NCBI GenBank assembly: GCA_944389175.1
Contig: CALXLK010000005.1
Span: 10,848 to 74,847, forward strand
Reading direction: 5' to 3'
Source: an uncultured Opitutales bacterium
GTDB taxonomy: Bacteria > Verrucomicrobiota > Verrucomicrobiia > Opitutales > Intestinicryptomonadaceae
Length of the DNA: 64,000 nt
Every line of letters begins with the position of its first letter. Position 1 is the stretch's first letter. The translations under genes and the position numbers were made by a program. Positions 1 to 9,455 of this stretch are shown in pieces. The notes under the pieces were generated by a model. The model had not been told where the DNA came from and did not search any database. It worked only from the letters and a program-made list of their open reading frames with translations.

Positions 1-368
1 ACTACGAGCATTTCAGGGAAACGCCTCTTAACTGCCGCGATTGCCCTGTTGGCAAGCGACATCGGATTAAACGCCTCGCGCGCGTCGAGCGATTTATCGG
101 CCGCGTCGACCATCGGGAAAGGCGCTATGGCCTTTATGTCGGCTTTTAGTGCCGCCTCGCAGTAATGCAGGAGGGAGTCGATTGTATGCCTGTGTATGTT
201 GGGCATCGACGGTATCTCTTTCGAGCCTTTGAGCCCTTCCTGAATGAATACCGGCAAAATTAGATCTTTTGGGCAAATGCGGTTTTCGGCGCACAAATCC
301 AATATGGCCGCGCTTCTGCGCAAGCGCCTGGGCCGCGACGGGAGATATAGCTTGAAATTTTTGTTCAT
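1..368 (-). CDS. hemB: porphobilinogen synthase (delta-aminolevulinate dehydratase), N-terminal part; 3' end outside the window
   Basis: Not in the ORF track because it runs off the left edge. Minus-strand translation from ATG 368-366 gives MNKNFKLYLPSRPRRLRRSAAILDLCAENRICPKDLILPVFIQEGLKGSKEIPSMPNIHRHTIDSL...AIAPFPMV...AVKRRFPEMLV. RPRRLR, LILPVFxxEG, SMP and FPE motifs match the conserved HemB N-terminus. Confidence 0.85.
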   Translation of the reverse strand, partial: MNKNFKLYLPSRPRRLRRSAAILDLCAENRICPKDLILPVFIQEGLKGSKEIPSMPNIHRHTIDSLLHYCEAALKADIKAIAPFPMVDAADKSLDAREAFNPMSLANRAIAAVKRRFPEMLV

Positions 369-414
369 AATGCCTTTAATTGTTCGACACATTAATGAAA
401 ATCGCAAACTAAAA

Positions 415-1824
415 ATGAAGCCGAGCATATACAATACCCTCACAAGGCGAAAAGAGGAGCTTGAACAGACCTCTGGAGAATTTGGAATGTACTGCTGCGG
501 GCCCACGGTATACGGCCCGGCCCACATCGGAAACTTTAGAACTTTTTTGGCCCAGGACGTCCTGCGCAGGACGCTCGAATGCGCCGGATACAATGTCAAG
601 CATGTGCGCAACATAACCGACGTGGACGATAAGACCATTCGGGAAAGCCAAAAGCAGGGGCTGAGCCTCAAAGAGTTCACCTCGCGCTGGGAAGACAAAT
701 TCCACAGCGACTGCAAAAAGCTCAACATGCTGCCTCCGACCGTGGAGCCGCGCGCCACAGAGCACATAAAAGAGCAGCTGGAAATGGTCCAGAAGCTCGT
801 CGATAAGGGTTTTGCCTATCCGACGAAGGACGGCAGCGTCTATTTCAAGATTTCGGCCTTTCCCGAATACGGGCAACTGACGGGGCTCGACTTCGAGCAT
901 ATGGCAACCCAGTCGACCAACTCGGCCGGCGAGGCCAACAATGCCGACGAATACGACAGGGAAAACGTTGCGGATTTCGCGCTATGGAAAGGCAGAAAGC
1001 CCGAAGACGGCCCGAATTTTTGGAAGTCGCCGTGGGGCGAAGGCAGGCCCGGCTGGCACATAGAGTGCTCGGCGATGTCCTCAAAATACCTCGGCGATAC
1101 TTTTGACCTTCACGGCGGCGGCATAGACCTGTGCTTCCCGCACCACGAAAACGAGATAGCCCAAAGCCAGTGCGCCACGGGCAAGTCGCCTTACGTGCGC
1201 TACTGGTTCCACAGCGCGCATCTGATGGTGGAGGGGCAAAAGATGTCAAAGAGCCTCGGCAACCTCTACACGCTCGACCAGCTAGTGGAGAAAGGATACA
1301 CTCCCGCCCAGATACGCTACGCACTAATATCGGGCCATTACCGCCAGCAGCTTAATTTCACGTTCAAAGGCCTCGACGACGCAAAAAGCGCCATGTCGAA
1401 AATGAAGAAAGGCCTCGATGCCGCCCTGGAAAAAACGGGGGTTAGCGAGGACGAATTCAAGGCGTATATAAAGCCGGCAAACGCATTCGCCAATACGGTC
1501 TTTGAAGGCGCGTGGGAGGCATTGATAGACGACATCAACGTCCCAAAGGCGCTGGGCAAAATATTCTCGGCCCTGCCCGAGGCCTCGACAAAGGCCGACT
1601 TGCAGGCTTTCGGCGCGCTTCTGTACGCGCTTGGCATAGACTTGTTTGAAGACGCCGGACAGCACGGCGACATACCCGCCGAGGTCAGGCAACTCGCCCA
1701 GGCCCGCTGGGACGCTAAAAAGGCCAAGGATTGGGCTAAGGCGGACGAGTTCAGGGCGAAAATAAAGTCCCTCGGGTATGAAGTTTTCGACAGCAAAGAT
1801 GGATTCGATATCAAAAAGGCCTAA
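415..1824 (+). CDS. cysS: cysteine--tRNA ligase
   Basis: Class I aaRS motifs HIGN (GPAHIGNFRT) and KMSKS (QKMSKSLGN). N-terminus MKPSIYNTLTRRKEEL resembles E. coli CysS. The ORF-track start at 244 is an in-frame upstream extension overlapping the divergent hemB start, so ATG 415 is preferred. Confidence 0.95.
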   Translation: MKPSIYNTLTRRKEELEQTSGEFGMYCCGPTVYGPAHIGNFRTFLAQDVLRRTLECAGYNVKHVRNITDVDDKTIRESQKQGLSLKEFTSRWEDKFHSDCKKLNMLPPTVEPRATEHIKEQLEMVQKLVDKGFAYPTKDGSVYFKISAFPEYGQLTGLDFEHMATQSTNSAGEANNADEYDRENVADFALWKGRKPEDGPNFWKSPWGEGRPGWHIECSAMSSKYLGDTFDLHGGGIDLCFPHHENEIAQSQCATGKSPYVRYWFHSAHLMVEGQKMSKSLGNLYTLDQLVEKGYTPAQIRYALISGHYRQQLNFTFKGLDDAKSAMSKMKKGLDAALEKTGVSEDEFKAYIKPANAFANTVFEGAWEALIDDINVPKALGKIFSALPEASTKADLQAFGALLYALGIDLFEDAGQHGDIPAEVRQLAQARWDAKKAKDWAKADEFRAKIKSLGYEVFDSKDGFDIKKA

Positions 1825-1825
1825 A

Positions 1826-2698
1826 ATGAAAGTCTTAAGAGCCAAAAGCGCAGGCTTCTGTTTCGGAGTCGAGCGCGCAATAGGGATAGCCACAACGTGC
1901 ACCGAAAACGGGAAGCGCAGGGTCTTTACCGACGGCCCGCTTATCCACAATTCGCAAATGATGGAGCTTCTCGAAAAAAGCGGGGTAAAGGAAATAGGCG
2001 ACTATGCCAGCAAGACGGCAATCGACGCCGATATCAAAGACGCAAAAGACGCAATGCTTGTAATACGGGCACACGGAGTATCCCCGCAGAGGCGCGCTTA
2101 TCTGAAATCGCTGGGGTTGCCCTGCAAAGACGCCACTTGCCCCGACGTCGGCAAGATAGCAGGCACAATAAAAATCCACGCCATAAAAGATTACAACGTC
2201 GTCATAGTAGGCGACCCGAAACACCCGGAAGTCATAGGCCTTCTCGGGTATGCGAAGCCCGGCAAGGGATTTGTCATAAAGAATAAGCAGGACGTCGACA
2301 ACCTCGGCCAAATTGAGGGCCCCTGCTGCATAGTGTCGCAATCGACGATGTTCCCCGACGATTTTGAAGAATTGGCCGAATACTTTAAAAGCCGCTTCCC
2401 TGACACGAAGATAGTCGACACCATATGCGGGGCGACAAAAGAGCGCCAGAATGAAGTAGTGCGCCTTGCAAAAAACGGCGCGCAGGCTATAATAGTCATA
2501 GGCGGAAAACACTCCGCAAACACGGTGAAACTGGCCCTTCTTGTAAAGCGCACCGGGCTTGCCTGCTTCCATATTGAAACAATCAACGAGTTGGATATGG
2601 ACGCCATAAGCAAATTTCAGGTAGTGGGGGTTACGGCGGGCGCATCGACCCCCGCATTTCTCATAGACGAGGTTTGCAACAAGCTTGAAAGTCTCTAA
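1826..2698 (+). CDS. ispH: 4-hydroxy-3-methylbut-2-enyl diphosphate reductase
   Basis: LytB/IspH signature GFCFGVERAI plus conserved Cys in ATCPDV and TICGAT. ATG 1826 lies 1 nt after the cysS stop. The track start at 1778 would overlap cysS. Confidence 0.93.
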   Translation: MKVLRAKSAGFCFGVERAIGIATTCTENGKRRVFTDGPLIHNSQMMELLEKSGVKEIGDYASKTAIDADIKDAKDAMLVIRAHGVSPQRRAYLKSLGLPCKDATCPDVGKIAGTIKIHAIKDYNVVIVGDPKHPEVIGLLGYAKPGKGFVIKNKQDVDNLGQIEGPCCIVSQSTMFPDDFEELAEYFKSRFPDTKIVDTICGATKERQNEVVRLAKNGAQAIIVIGGKHSANTVKLALLVKRTGLACFHIETINELDMDAISKFQVVGVTAGASTPAFLIDEVCNKLESL

Positions 2699-2716
2699 AA
2701 GAACCGGAATTTTACA

Positions 2717-3133
2717 ATGAACCGAAAAAAGACGCCAAGGGCATTCAGTTTATTTGAACTATTGCTCATACTTGCCTCTGTTGTGCTGCTTGGCTTCTTT
2801 GTGTTTAAAAACCTCGATATTTTTTCTGACTATCGGAAAAACACCCGGGCAAAGGCGTACGTAAGCCAGACTCTCGCCGCACCTCTTATGGCATTCAAAC
2901 TTTCCATCGGCAGGTACCCCACGACGCAAGAAGGTCTGCGCGCGCTCGTGGCGCCACCCAAAGACGTAGCCGATAAGTGGACGGGGCCCTACATAAACGA
3001 TATCGAACCCGACCCGTGGCAGCGCACGTACAACTACCGCTTCCCGGCAAAGAACAGCCCCGAAGGTTACGACCTCTGGTCAAACGGCGCTGACGGCAAA
3101 CCTGAAACGAACGACGACGTAGGCAACTGGTAG
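2717..3133 (+). CDS. type II secretion GspG-like pseudopilin (orphan)
   Basis: Prepilin-type N-terminus (KKTPRAF-SLFELLL, Glu at +5, hydrophobic helix). GspG-like C-terminus DPWQRTYNYRFP...GYDLWSNGADGKPETNDDVGNW. No other T2SS genes nearby. Confidence 0.8.
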   Translation: MNRKKTPRAFSLFELLLILASVVLLGFFVFKNLDIFSDYRKNTRAKAYVSQTLAAPLMAFKLSIGRYPTTQEGLRALVAPPKDVADKWTGPYINDIEPDPWQRTYNYRFPAKNSPEGYDLWSNGADGKPETNDDVGNW

Positions 3134-3454
3134 CCTGCCCGCCCCCTTGAGCAACTCGGCACCTCCGCGCGCTATGGAAATATCAAATTTAAAACTATGC
3201 GCGCGTGTTGTTTTCGTTCTCCTTTGTCGGGCAGGCTAAAAAACGCAAAAAAACAGAGACGCGCATACATTCATATCGATGAGTCTATGACAGCATAAAT
3301 TAGGCAAAGGCGCTCAAATTTTCGATTCTCCAACAGATAAAAAACCTGCGGCGGCTTACCGCATGGAAGATAGCGATGTGGCATTGCACATAGTTTTGGG
3401 AGGCCGCCCGATGCTTGCAAATTGCAATAACTTCCAAGCGGCGCTCAAAATGCA

Positions 3455-3485
3455 AAATAAAAAGCGCCCCGCTTCTGGAGGCGCT
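3455..3485 (-). terminator. intrinsic terminator downstream of rubrerythrin gene
   Basis: Minus-strand reading AGCGCCTCCAGAAGCGGGGCGCT followed by TTTTTATTTT. GC-rich stem with one bulge plus a T tract, about 40 nt after the stop. Confidence 0.55.
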
Positions 3486-3521
3486 TTACCTTCTACTTCC
3501 CCTTTCTATTGAGAGGGCAAA

Positions 3522-4073
3522 CTACTTGTTAAAGTAGCGATTTAACAGGCCCTGGAATGCGCAGCCATGACGGGCTTCGTCCTTGCACATCTCATGCACT
3601 GTGTCGTGAATTGCGTCGTACCCGAGTTCCTTGGCGCGCTTTGCAAGGGCCAATTTGCCGGCGGTAGCGCCATTTTCGGCCTCCACGCGAGCGGTGAGGT
3701 TTTTCTTTGTATCTGCCTCGACGCACTCGCCGAGCAATTCGGCAAACTTTGCCGCGTGTTCGGCCTCCTCGAAAGCTATGCGCTTGTAGGCCTCGGCGAC
3801 TTCCGGATAGCCCTCTCTGTCGGCCTGGCGGCTCATTGCAAGGTACATGCCCACTTCGGTGCATTCGCCCGTAAAGTTGGCGCGCAGTCCCTCAACGACC
3901 TCAGCGTCAAGACCCTTGGCGACCCCTATCCTGTGCTCATCGGCCCAAGAAAGTTTCTTCGCGTCTTCAACCACGACGAACTTCGACCTTGGCGCCTTGC
4001 ACTGTGGGCAAACCTCGGGAAGGTTTTCCGAATCCATTACATATCCGCAAACTGAACATACTACTTTTGCCAT
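3522..4073 (-). CDS. rubrerythrin, reverse domain order (N-terminal rubredoxin-like domain)
   Basis: N-terminal CSVCGY...CPQCKAP (CxxC...CxxC) followed by a ferritin-like bundle with two ExxH motifs (EAEH, EARH). Confidence 0.9.
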   Translation of the reverse strand: MAKVVCSVCGYVMDSENLPEVCPQCKAPRSKFVVVEDAKKLSWADEHRIGVAKGLDAEVVEGLRANFTGECTEVGMYLAMSRQADREGYPEVAEAYKRIAFEEAEHAAKFAELLGECVEADTKKNLTARVEAENGATAGKLALAKRAKELGYDAIHDTVHEMCKDEARHGCAFQGLLNRYFNK

Positions 4074-4133
4074 TGTTTTTCCTTTTTTTATTTTTGGAAG
4101 ACGGTACTTCCGCCTTCTTGTTATTGTGAAAAA

Positions 4134-5477
4134 TTATTTCATGTAGCCCTTGATTAGCTCCTTTACCTTTGAATAGCAGGATTGCGGAACCGCATGGCGA
4201 GCCTCGGGATTTGTTATGAGAGTCTTGGGCGCTTTTATATTGGCGTATGCCGCAAAGCACGAGGAAGGCTGGCAGACATCGTCGGAAAGGTCAACTACAA
4301 ATATAACAGGAGCCTTTATAAGGGGGGCAAAGTTCATGGCGTCAACGTACCTTATCGCCTCAAACAAATTCTTGTCATACTGCCCGTACTTGCCGTCTTT
4401 GTCCGGCTTTATGTAATGAGGCCAGCCGTTTATGCGGTTCTTTACCATTCCGGTCTGGTCGCACAAGGCGGGAACGAAAGCGCAAACCAGGCTTACCTTA
4501 TCGCGATAAAGGCCGCCGGCTGCAAGAGCCTGTGCCCCGCCCTGGCTCGTGCCGTAAACTATCAGGTTTTTGCCGTCCCACTGCGGTTGGGCCATGCCCA
4601 CGTCCATGGCGCGGCAAAGGCGCAGATACATGGTGCGAAAGAAATTTGTATCCCTGTTGTCGGCCTTTTTAAGCCAATAGCCGGCATTCTCTTTCTTAAG
4701 CTCCTTAAGCCTTTCCTGCGTGCCGTCGCTGTCCAGCCCGAGAGCGTTGAAGTCTATGGCCATATAGCCGGCGGCGGCAAACTCCACGCCGTAACAAAAG
4801 CGGCTATAGCGCACCCCGGCGCCATGCGGAAGGATAACCAGCGGCAGCGACTTTGCCTTGGCGTTTTTGGGCATAAACAGGTAGGCGTCAAGAATGCCGT
4901 TGAAAGTGTCGGCCTTGACTATGTACACGTCTATGGCGTCCTTTATTTTCTTTGGCAGGCTCTTGTCCTCGGCGAGGACATTGTTGCGCAGCTGCAACTT
5001 CATGTTCATGGGAATCTTTGCAAGCATCGCTTTTTGGGCATCCCAATACGACTGGAAATCCTCGGGCGCGGGAAGGCTCGGCAGAATCTTTTCGGGCTCG
5101 AAACCAGCCCCGCAAAGCATGGCAAGCTGTTTCTTTTGGTCGGGAAACTTTACCGATACCGCGCACTTGAGAAACCCCGGCTCGTCCAAAGAACCGATAA
5201 ACTTATGCACAGACCCCGAATTGGACACCTTTTTCTTGGACAACGGAGCGACGCCGTCTTTGGATATCACGCACGAAAGCTCGGCTCCGTCAAACGGCTT
5301 GCCATCTTTAAAAATTTTTATTTCGAATTCGGCCTTATCCCCCACTTTGTATATGGAGTCAGGCTTCGTAGTCTTTAGCGAAACAACGTAATCGCCGAGC
5401 CTTTTTGTTTCGGAGAATGAAGAGTACGCGCCAAATAGGCAGACAACCGAAACTACAACGATTCTGAAAATACTCAT
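4134..5477 (-). CDS. secreted acetyl-xylan esterase / cephalosporin-C deacetylase-like (carbohydrate esterase family 7-like)
   Basis: Signal peptide MSIFRIVVVSVVCLFGAYS. C-terminal alpha/beta hydrolase with GTSQGG nucleophile elbow (the GxSQG of CE7/AXE1). Extra N-terminal beta-rich region of about 190 aa. Confidence 0.78.
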   Translation of the reverse strand: MSIFRIVVVSVVCLFGAYSSFSETKRLGDYVVSLKTTKPDSIYKVGDKAEFEIKIFKDGKPFDGAELSCVISKDGVAPLSKKKVSNSGSVHKFIGSLDEPGFLKCAVSVKFPDQKKQLAMLCGAGFEPEKILPSLPAPEDFQSYWDAQKAMLAKIPMNMKLQLRNNVLAEDKSLPKKIKDAIDVYIVKADTFNGILDAYLFMPKNAKAKSLPLVILPHGAGVRYSRFCYGVEFAAAGYMAIDFNALGLDSDGTQERLKELKKENAGYWLKKADNRDTNFFRTMYLRLCRAMDVGMAQPQWDGKNLIVYGTSQGGAQALAAGGLYRDKVSLVCAFVPALCDQTGMVKNRINGWPHYIKPDKDGKYGQYDKNLFEAIRYVDAMNFAPLIKAPVIFVVDLSDDVCQPSSCFAAYANIKAPKTLITNPEARHAVPQSCYSKVKELIKGYMK

Positions 5478-5619
5478 AGCTTCGACTACCTACCCCCACC
5501 ATGCTGATTGTCAACAAATATTTTGCCGCCAAAACCGATTAAATATCATACGCCGGAAAAATCTTTAAGAAGGTTTAACCGCCGAAAAAAAGGCGCATGC
5601 CCAAAGCTCGCACAATGGC

Positions 5620-5649
5620 TTGACAAGCGCCTCCAAACATCGACAATGT
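5620..5649 (+). promoter_or_regulatory. candidate sigma70-type promoter of nadA
   Basis: TTGACA (5620-5625), 18-nt spacer, CAATGT (5644-5649), about 30 nt upstream of ATG 5680, which has a GGAAG RBS. The -10 is weak. Confidence 0.35.
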
Positions 5650-5679
5650 AGGCCTTTTAAATAGAACAGATGGAAGAAA

Positions 5680-6648
5680 ATGCAGACAATAGTATATCCG
5701 CCTCTTAATCTCTGTCCCAAAAGCCAGCTAAGCGACGTCCAAAAAAAGATTCTGGACGCAAAAAAGCGCCGCAATGCCGTAATATTGGCCCATAATTACG
5801 TATGCCGGGAAATTCAGGAGATAGCCGACTACGTCGGAGACTCGCTCGGCCTGTCGCGCCAGGCTAAAAAAACCGACGCCGATGTGATAGCCTTCGCCGG
5901 AGTCGACTTCATGGCCGAAACCGCCAAAATACTCAATCCCTCAAAAACCGTAGTTTTGCCCGACCACGCCGCCGGCTGCACGCTTGAGGAGCTTTGCGAT
6001 CCGATAGAGCTTGCGTATTTTAAAAAGCAACACCCCGGGGCCCTCGTAATTTCCTACATAAACTGCAGCGCGAAAGTCAAAGAGCTAAGCGACATAATAT
6101 GCACAAGCGGCAACGCCCTGGACATAGTCAGCCAAATACCAAAAGACAGGGAAATAATTTTTGCCCCCGACCAGCACCTCGGGTCGTGGATCATGGAAAA
6201 GACGGGGCGCCAGATGATTCTCTGGCACGGCTACTGCTGGGCCCACACCCAGTATAAGGCCCAGGAACTTATTGCGCTAAAAAAGGCCTTCAAGGGCGCG
6301 CCCCTGGTATGCCATCCCGAATGCCCCAAAGAAGTCCGCGACGTGGCAGACGAGGTCTGCAGCACGGAAAAGATGATTTCCTTCTGCCGAAACCACGCCT
6401 CTGACAGGATAATTGTGGCGACGGTCGTTGAAATGATACACCGCCTGCGCCGCGAAATACCCGAAAAGACATTCATAGCGGCAATATCCTCGGGCAAGCC
6501 CGCCCAGCACTGCCGAAACATGCTTATGAACACGCCCGAAAAGCTGCTGGCCTGCCTGGAAAATCTGGAGCCGCGCATAGAGCTCGACGAGCAGACCATA
6601 AAGAATGCACTCGTGCCGATAGAGCGCATGTTGGAGATGTCAAAATAG
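5680..6648 (+). CDS. nadA: quinolinate synthase
   Basis: NadA motifs ILAHNY, ADYVGDSLGLS and GVDFMAETAKILNP, with conserved Cys residues for the 4Fe-4S cluster. Confidence 0.93.
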   Translation: MQTIVYPPLNLCPKSQLSDVQKKILDAKKRRNAVILAHNYVCREIQEIADYVGDSLGLSRQAKKTDADVIAFAGVDFMAETAKILNPSKTVVLPDHAAGCTLEELCDPIELAYFKKQHPGALVISYINCSAKVKELSDIICTSGNALDIVSQIPKDREIIFAPDQHLGSWIMEKTGRQMILWHGYCWAHTQYKAQELIALKKAFKGAPLVCHPECPKEVRDVADEVCSTEKMISFCRNHASDRIIVATVVEMIHRLRREIPEKTFIAAISSGKPAQHCRNMLMNTPEKLLACLENLEPRIELDEQTIKNALVPIERMLEMSK

Positions 6649-6732
6649 CCCTTTTCTCGCTCCGCGGCGGTCAAAATTTTGTTGCCATGGACTTGCGAAA
6701 GAATAATAAAGATTAAAAATTTGTAAAAGAAG

Positions 6733-8223
6733 ATGAGTCAGGAAAACACGAAGATTGAAGACAACAGCCATGATTTGTGGGCGGTGCGCAAGGCCAAGCT
6801 CGACAACATGCGCGCCTCCGGATTCGACCCGTACAGGGAGAATTGGAACCAGACGCACACTAGCAAGACGGCCATAGAATCGTACGACCCCTCCACGCCG
6901 GAGGGCGAGAACTCGCAGCACGAGGTTTCCGTCGCCGGCAGGGTGATAATTTTCCGCCTCATGGGCAAGGCGAGCTTTCTAAAGATATTGGACAGAGACG
7001 GCATCATCCAGCTGTACGTTTCCAGGGACGGCCTGCCCGAGGGCGTATACAACAACGATTTCAAGAAGAACCTCGACGTAGGCGACATTATCGGGGCCCG
7101 CGGCAAGCTTTTCAAGACCAAGACCGGCGAAATCACCGTCAGGGTAAGCGAGTACAAGATGCTCAGCAAAAGCATGCGCCCCCTGCCCGAGAAATTCCAC
7201 GGCTTGACAGACAGCGAGCAGATTTACCGCCAGCGCTATCTCGACCTCATCATGAACGGGGAATCGCGCAAGCGCTTCAAGATGAGGAGCGCCATAATCC
7301 GCGAGATACGCCAATTTTTGTGGGAACGCGACTTCACCGAGGTGGAGACGCCCGTTCTCCACGGCGTCGCCGGCGGAGCGGCCGCCAGGCCCTTTGTGAC
7401 GCACTTTAACGCACTCGACTGCCAGTTCTATCTGCGCATAGCCCTGGAGCTGTATTTAAAGCGCATGCTCATAGGCGGATTCGACAGGGTCTTTGAAATG
7501 GGCCGGGTCTTCAGGAACGAGGGCTTGGATCGCAAGCACAATCCCGAATTTACGATGCTTGAAGTCTACCAGGCCTACACCGACCATTTCGGCATGATGG
7601 AGCTTGTAAAGTCGCTAATCGGCAGGCTCTGCAAAAACGTGCTTGGCACGACGAGCATACCGAGGGCCGACGGCGGCACGATAGAGCTCGGCGGAGAATG
7701 GAGGCAAGTCGACTACAAGGATCTCATCATAGAGGCCACCGGCGACAAGGACTGGTTTAGCAGGACGAAGCAGGAGAAGCTGCAGGCCTGCCAAAAGCTC
7801 GGCATACAAGTCGATCCGTCCCTCGACGACTACGAAGTCACGGAGAACGTCTACGGCAAGCTCGTCGAGCCGAGCCTAATCCAACCGACGTTTGTAATGC
7901 ATATTCCGAAGCAGCTTTGCCCGCTTGCCAAGCTCAACAAGAAGGATCCGAGCGTTCTCGACGTGTTTGAACTGTGCATAAACGGCCAGGAGATAGCCCC
8001 CGCCTATTCCGAACAAAACGATCCCTTTATCCAGCGCGAAATGTTTGAGGCGCAAGTTGGCGAGGAGAAGCAGAACCTCGACGAGGACTTCCTGGTAGCA
8101 ATGGAACACGGCATGCCCCCGGCCGGAGGAATGGGCATAGGCATAGACCGCCTCGTGATTTTGCTCACCAGCGCGGCCAACATAAGAGACACAATCCTCT
8201 TCCCCTCTTTGCGCCCCGAATAA
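6733..8223 (+). CDS. lysS: lysine--tRNA ligase (class II)
   Basis: N-terminal OB fold (VAGRV..R.MGKASFLKILDRDGIIQLY). Class II motif 2 FRNEG and motif 3 GGMGIGIDRLVILL. Confidence 0.95.
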   Translation: MSQENTKIEDNSHDLWAVRKAKLDNMRASGFDPYRENWNQTHTSKTAIESYDPSTPEGENSQHEVSVAGRVIIFRLMGKASFLKILDRDGIIQLYVSRDGLPEGVYNNDFKKNLDVGDIIGARGKLFKTKTGEITVRVSEYKMLSKSMRPLPEKFHGLTDSEQIYRQRYLDLIMNGESRKRFKMRSAIIREIRQFLWERDFTEVETPVLHGVAGGAAARPFVTHFNALDCQFYLRIALELYLKRMLIGGFDRVFEMGRVFRNEGLDRKHNPEFTMLEVYQAYTDHFGMMELVKSLIGRLCKNVLGTTSIPRADGGTIELGGEWRQVDYKDLIIEATGDKDWFSRTKQEKLQACQKLGIQVDPSLDDYEVTENVYGKLVEPSLIQPTFVMHIPKQLCPLAKLNKKDPSVLDVFELCINGQEIAPAYSEQNDPFIQREMFEAQVGEEKQNLDEDFLVAMEHGMPPAGGMGIGIDRLVILLTSAANIRDTILFPSLRPE

Positions 8224-8228
8224 AGCCT

Positions 8229-9455
8229 ATGCCGTGGTGGTTGTACATAGCCCTCAAGCAGCTCTTTCCCAGCGGAAAAATCATTTCGTTTTTCGCGGCA
8301 GTGTCGATTCTCGGCGTGGCTCTTGGGGTGTTGGGGCTGTTTGGGACACAGAGCGTGATGAACGGCTTCCACGAAAGAATAGGCGAAAAATTGCGCGACA
8401 CCACAGGCGACGTTCTAATACGCAATTTCGGGCAGCCCATATACGACTGCGAAAAGCTCTGCTCTAGGCTCGAAAAGCTCCCAGGGGTAAAGGCGGTCGA
8501 GCGCGTTGCAAGCGGGCCGGTCATGATGGTGTGCAACAATGTGCCCGTCTTTCCGATGCTGCGCAGCTACGACACCGTCAAAAACGAATCGGCGCTTCCC
8601 TTTGAGCAGAAGAACTACATAAAGATGGGCAAACTCGACGACCTCGACGACGACGGCATAATACTCGGTTCGAGACTCGCCGCCCAAAACGGAATATCCG
8701 TAGGCGACACCGTCGAGATATTTTCGCCGACGATGCTCGACAAACTAAAGAAGGACGAAGTGCCCATGCCCGCCTCGCTGAAGGTTGTCGGGCTGCTAAA
8801 TACCGACTACTCGGAAGTGGACGGCAACGTGGCACTTGTTTCGCTGCGGCGCATGCGCGATCTCTACGGGCTGGGCGAAGCCGTGCATGCTATCGTTCTG
8901 CGCCTGGGCGCAAATGCCGACTGCGAAGACTTTGCCCAAAAGCTGCGCTACAAAGAGGCAATTCCGTATCGGATAACCACGTGGCTGACGGCGAACGAGG
9001 GCTTTCTGCGCGTCATAAAAATGGAAAAGGTTATGATGTCGCTTATAATATTTTTGATAATAATAGTGGCGTCGTTTTCGATATGCATTTCGCTATACAC
9101 TTCGGTGCTGCGCAAGACGCGCGAAATCGGCCTGGTGGGAGCCATGGGGGCGCGCGCGTGGCAGATTGCCCTCACGTACTGCTTCCAGGGCTTTGTAATA
9201 GGCCTGCTGGGGTCGGCGGCGGGGCTGGCGCTGACGTGGCTGGTGCTCACCTTTAGGGAGTCGTTGGTCAAGGTGATAGTCGGACAGGAAGCCCTCATAG
9301 AATTTTACCACTTCGCAAGCCTGCCGGTAAAATACGACCCTTCGGACGCCCTGAGAGCCTGCGTGTTCGCAGTGTTCTTGTGCACGCTCGCGGGCGTTTT
9401 TCCGGCCGTGCGCGCGGCAAGGCTAAAGATATCGGAGGCTATGCGCAATGAGTGA
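8229..9455 (+). CDS. ABC transporter permease, FtsX/LolC-LolE family
   Basis: 408 aa. TM1, a large periplasmic loop and three C-terminal TMs, the typical LolCE/MacB topology. Overlaps the downstream ATPase gene by 8 nt. Confidence 0.85.
   Translation: MPWWLYIALKQLFPSGKIISFFAAVSILGVALGVLGLFGTQSVMNGFHERIGEKLRDTTGDVLIRNFGQPIYDCEKLCSRLEKLPGVKAVERVASGPVMMVCNNVPVFPMLRSYDTVKNESALPFEQKNYIKMGKLDDLDDDGIILGSRLAAQNGISVGDTVEIFSPTMLDKLKKDEVPMPASLKVVGLLNTDYSEVDGNVALVSLRRMRDLYGLGEAVHAIVLRLGANADCEDFAQKLRYKEAIPYRITTWLTANEGFLRVIKMEKVMMSLIIFLIIIVASFSICISLYTSVLRKTREIGLVGAMGARAWQIALTYCFQGFVIGLLGSAAGLALTWLVLTFRESLVKVIVGQEALIEFYHFASLPVKYDPSDALRACVFAVFLCTLAGVFPAVRAARLKISEAMRNE

Noticed and set aside
244-414. N-terminal extensions in the ORF track (cysS 244, ispH 1778, mce 10311, sdhC 20664, dxr 28720, rsmI 42167, PDZ protein 49804, FAD oxidoreductase 55051)
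   Set aside because: The extensions overlap upstream genes or promoters, are Arg-rich or otherwise unlike the conserved N-termini, and internal ATGs give canonical family N-termini with tight coupling. They are treated as start-codon over-calls rather than real fusions or leader peptides.
3332-3363. AACAGATAAAAAACCTGCGGCGGCTTACCGC, which resembles the RNase P RNA 3' conserved block (ACAGAACCCGGCUUA)
   Set aside because: No GGAAAGUCCGG-type CR-I block and no other RNase P conserved region occurs in the 388-bp gap. The gap is also too short and carries an insertion inside the supposed motif.
4182-5378. 398-aa plus-strand ORF antisense to the CE7 esterase gene, plus similar antisense ORFs at 10158-10769, 12476-13168, 1324-1950 and 17236-18926
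   Set aside because: All lie opposite well-supported genes, have implausible composition and lack start-site context. They are treated as non-coding shadows.
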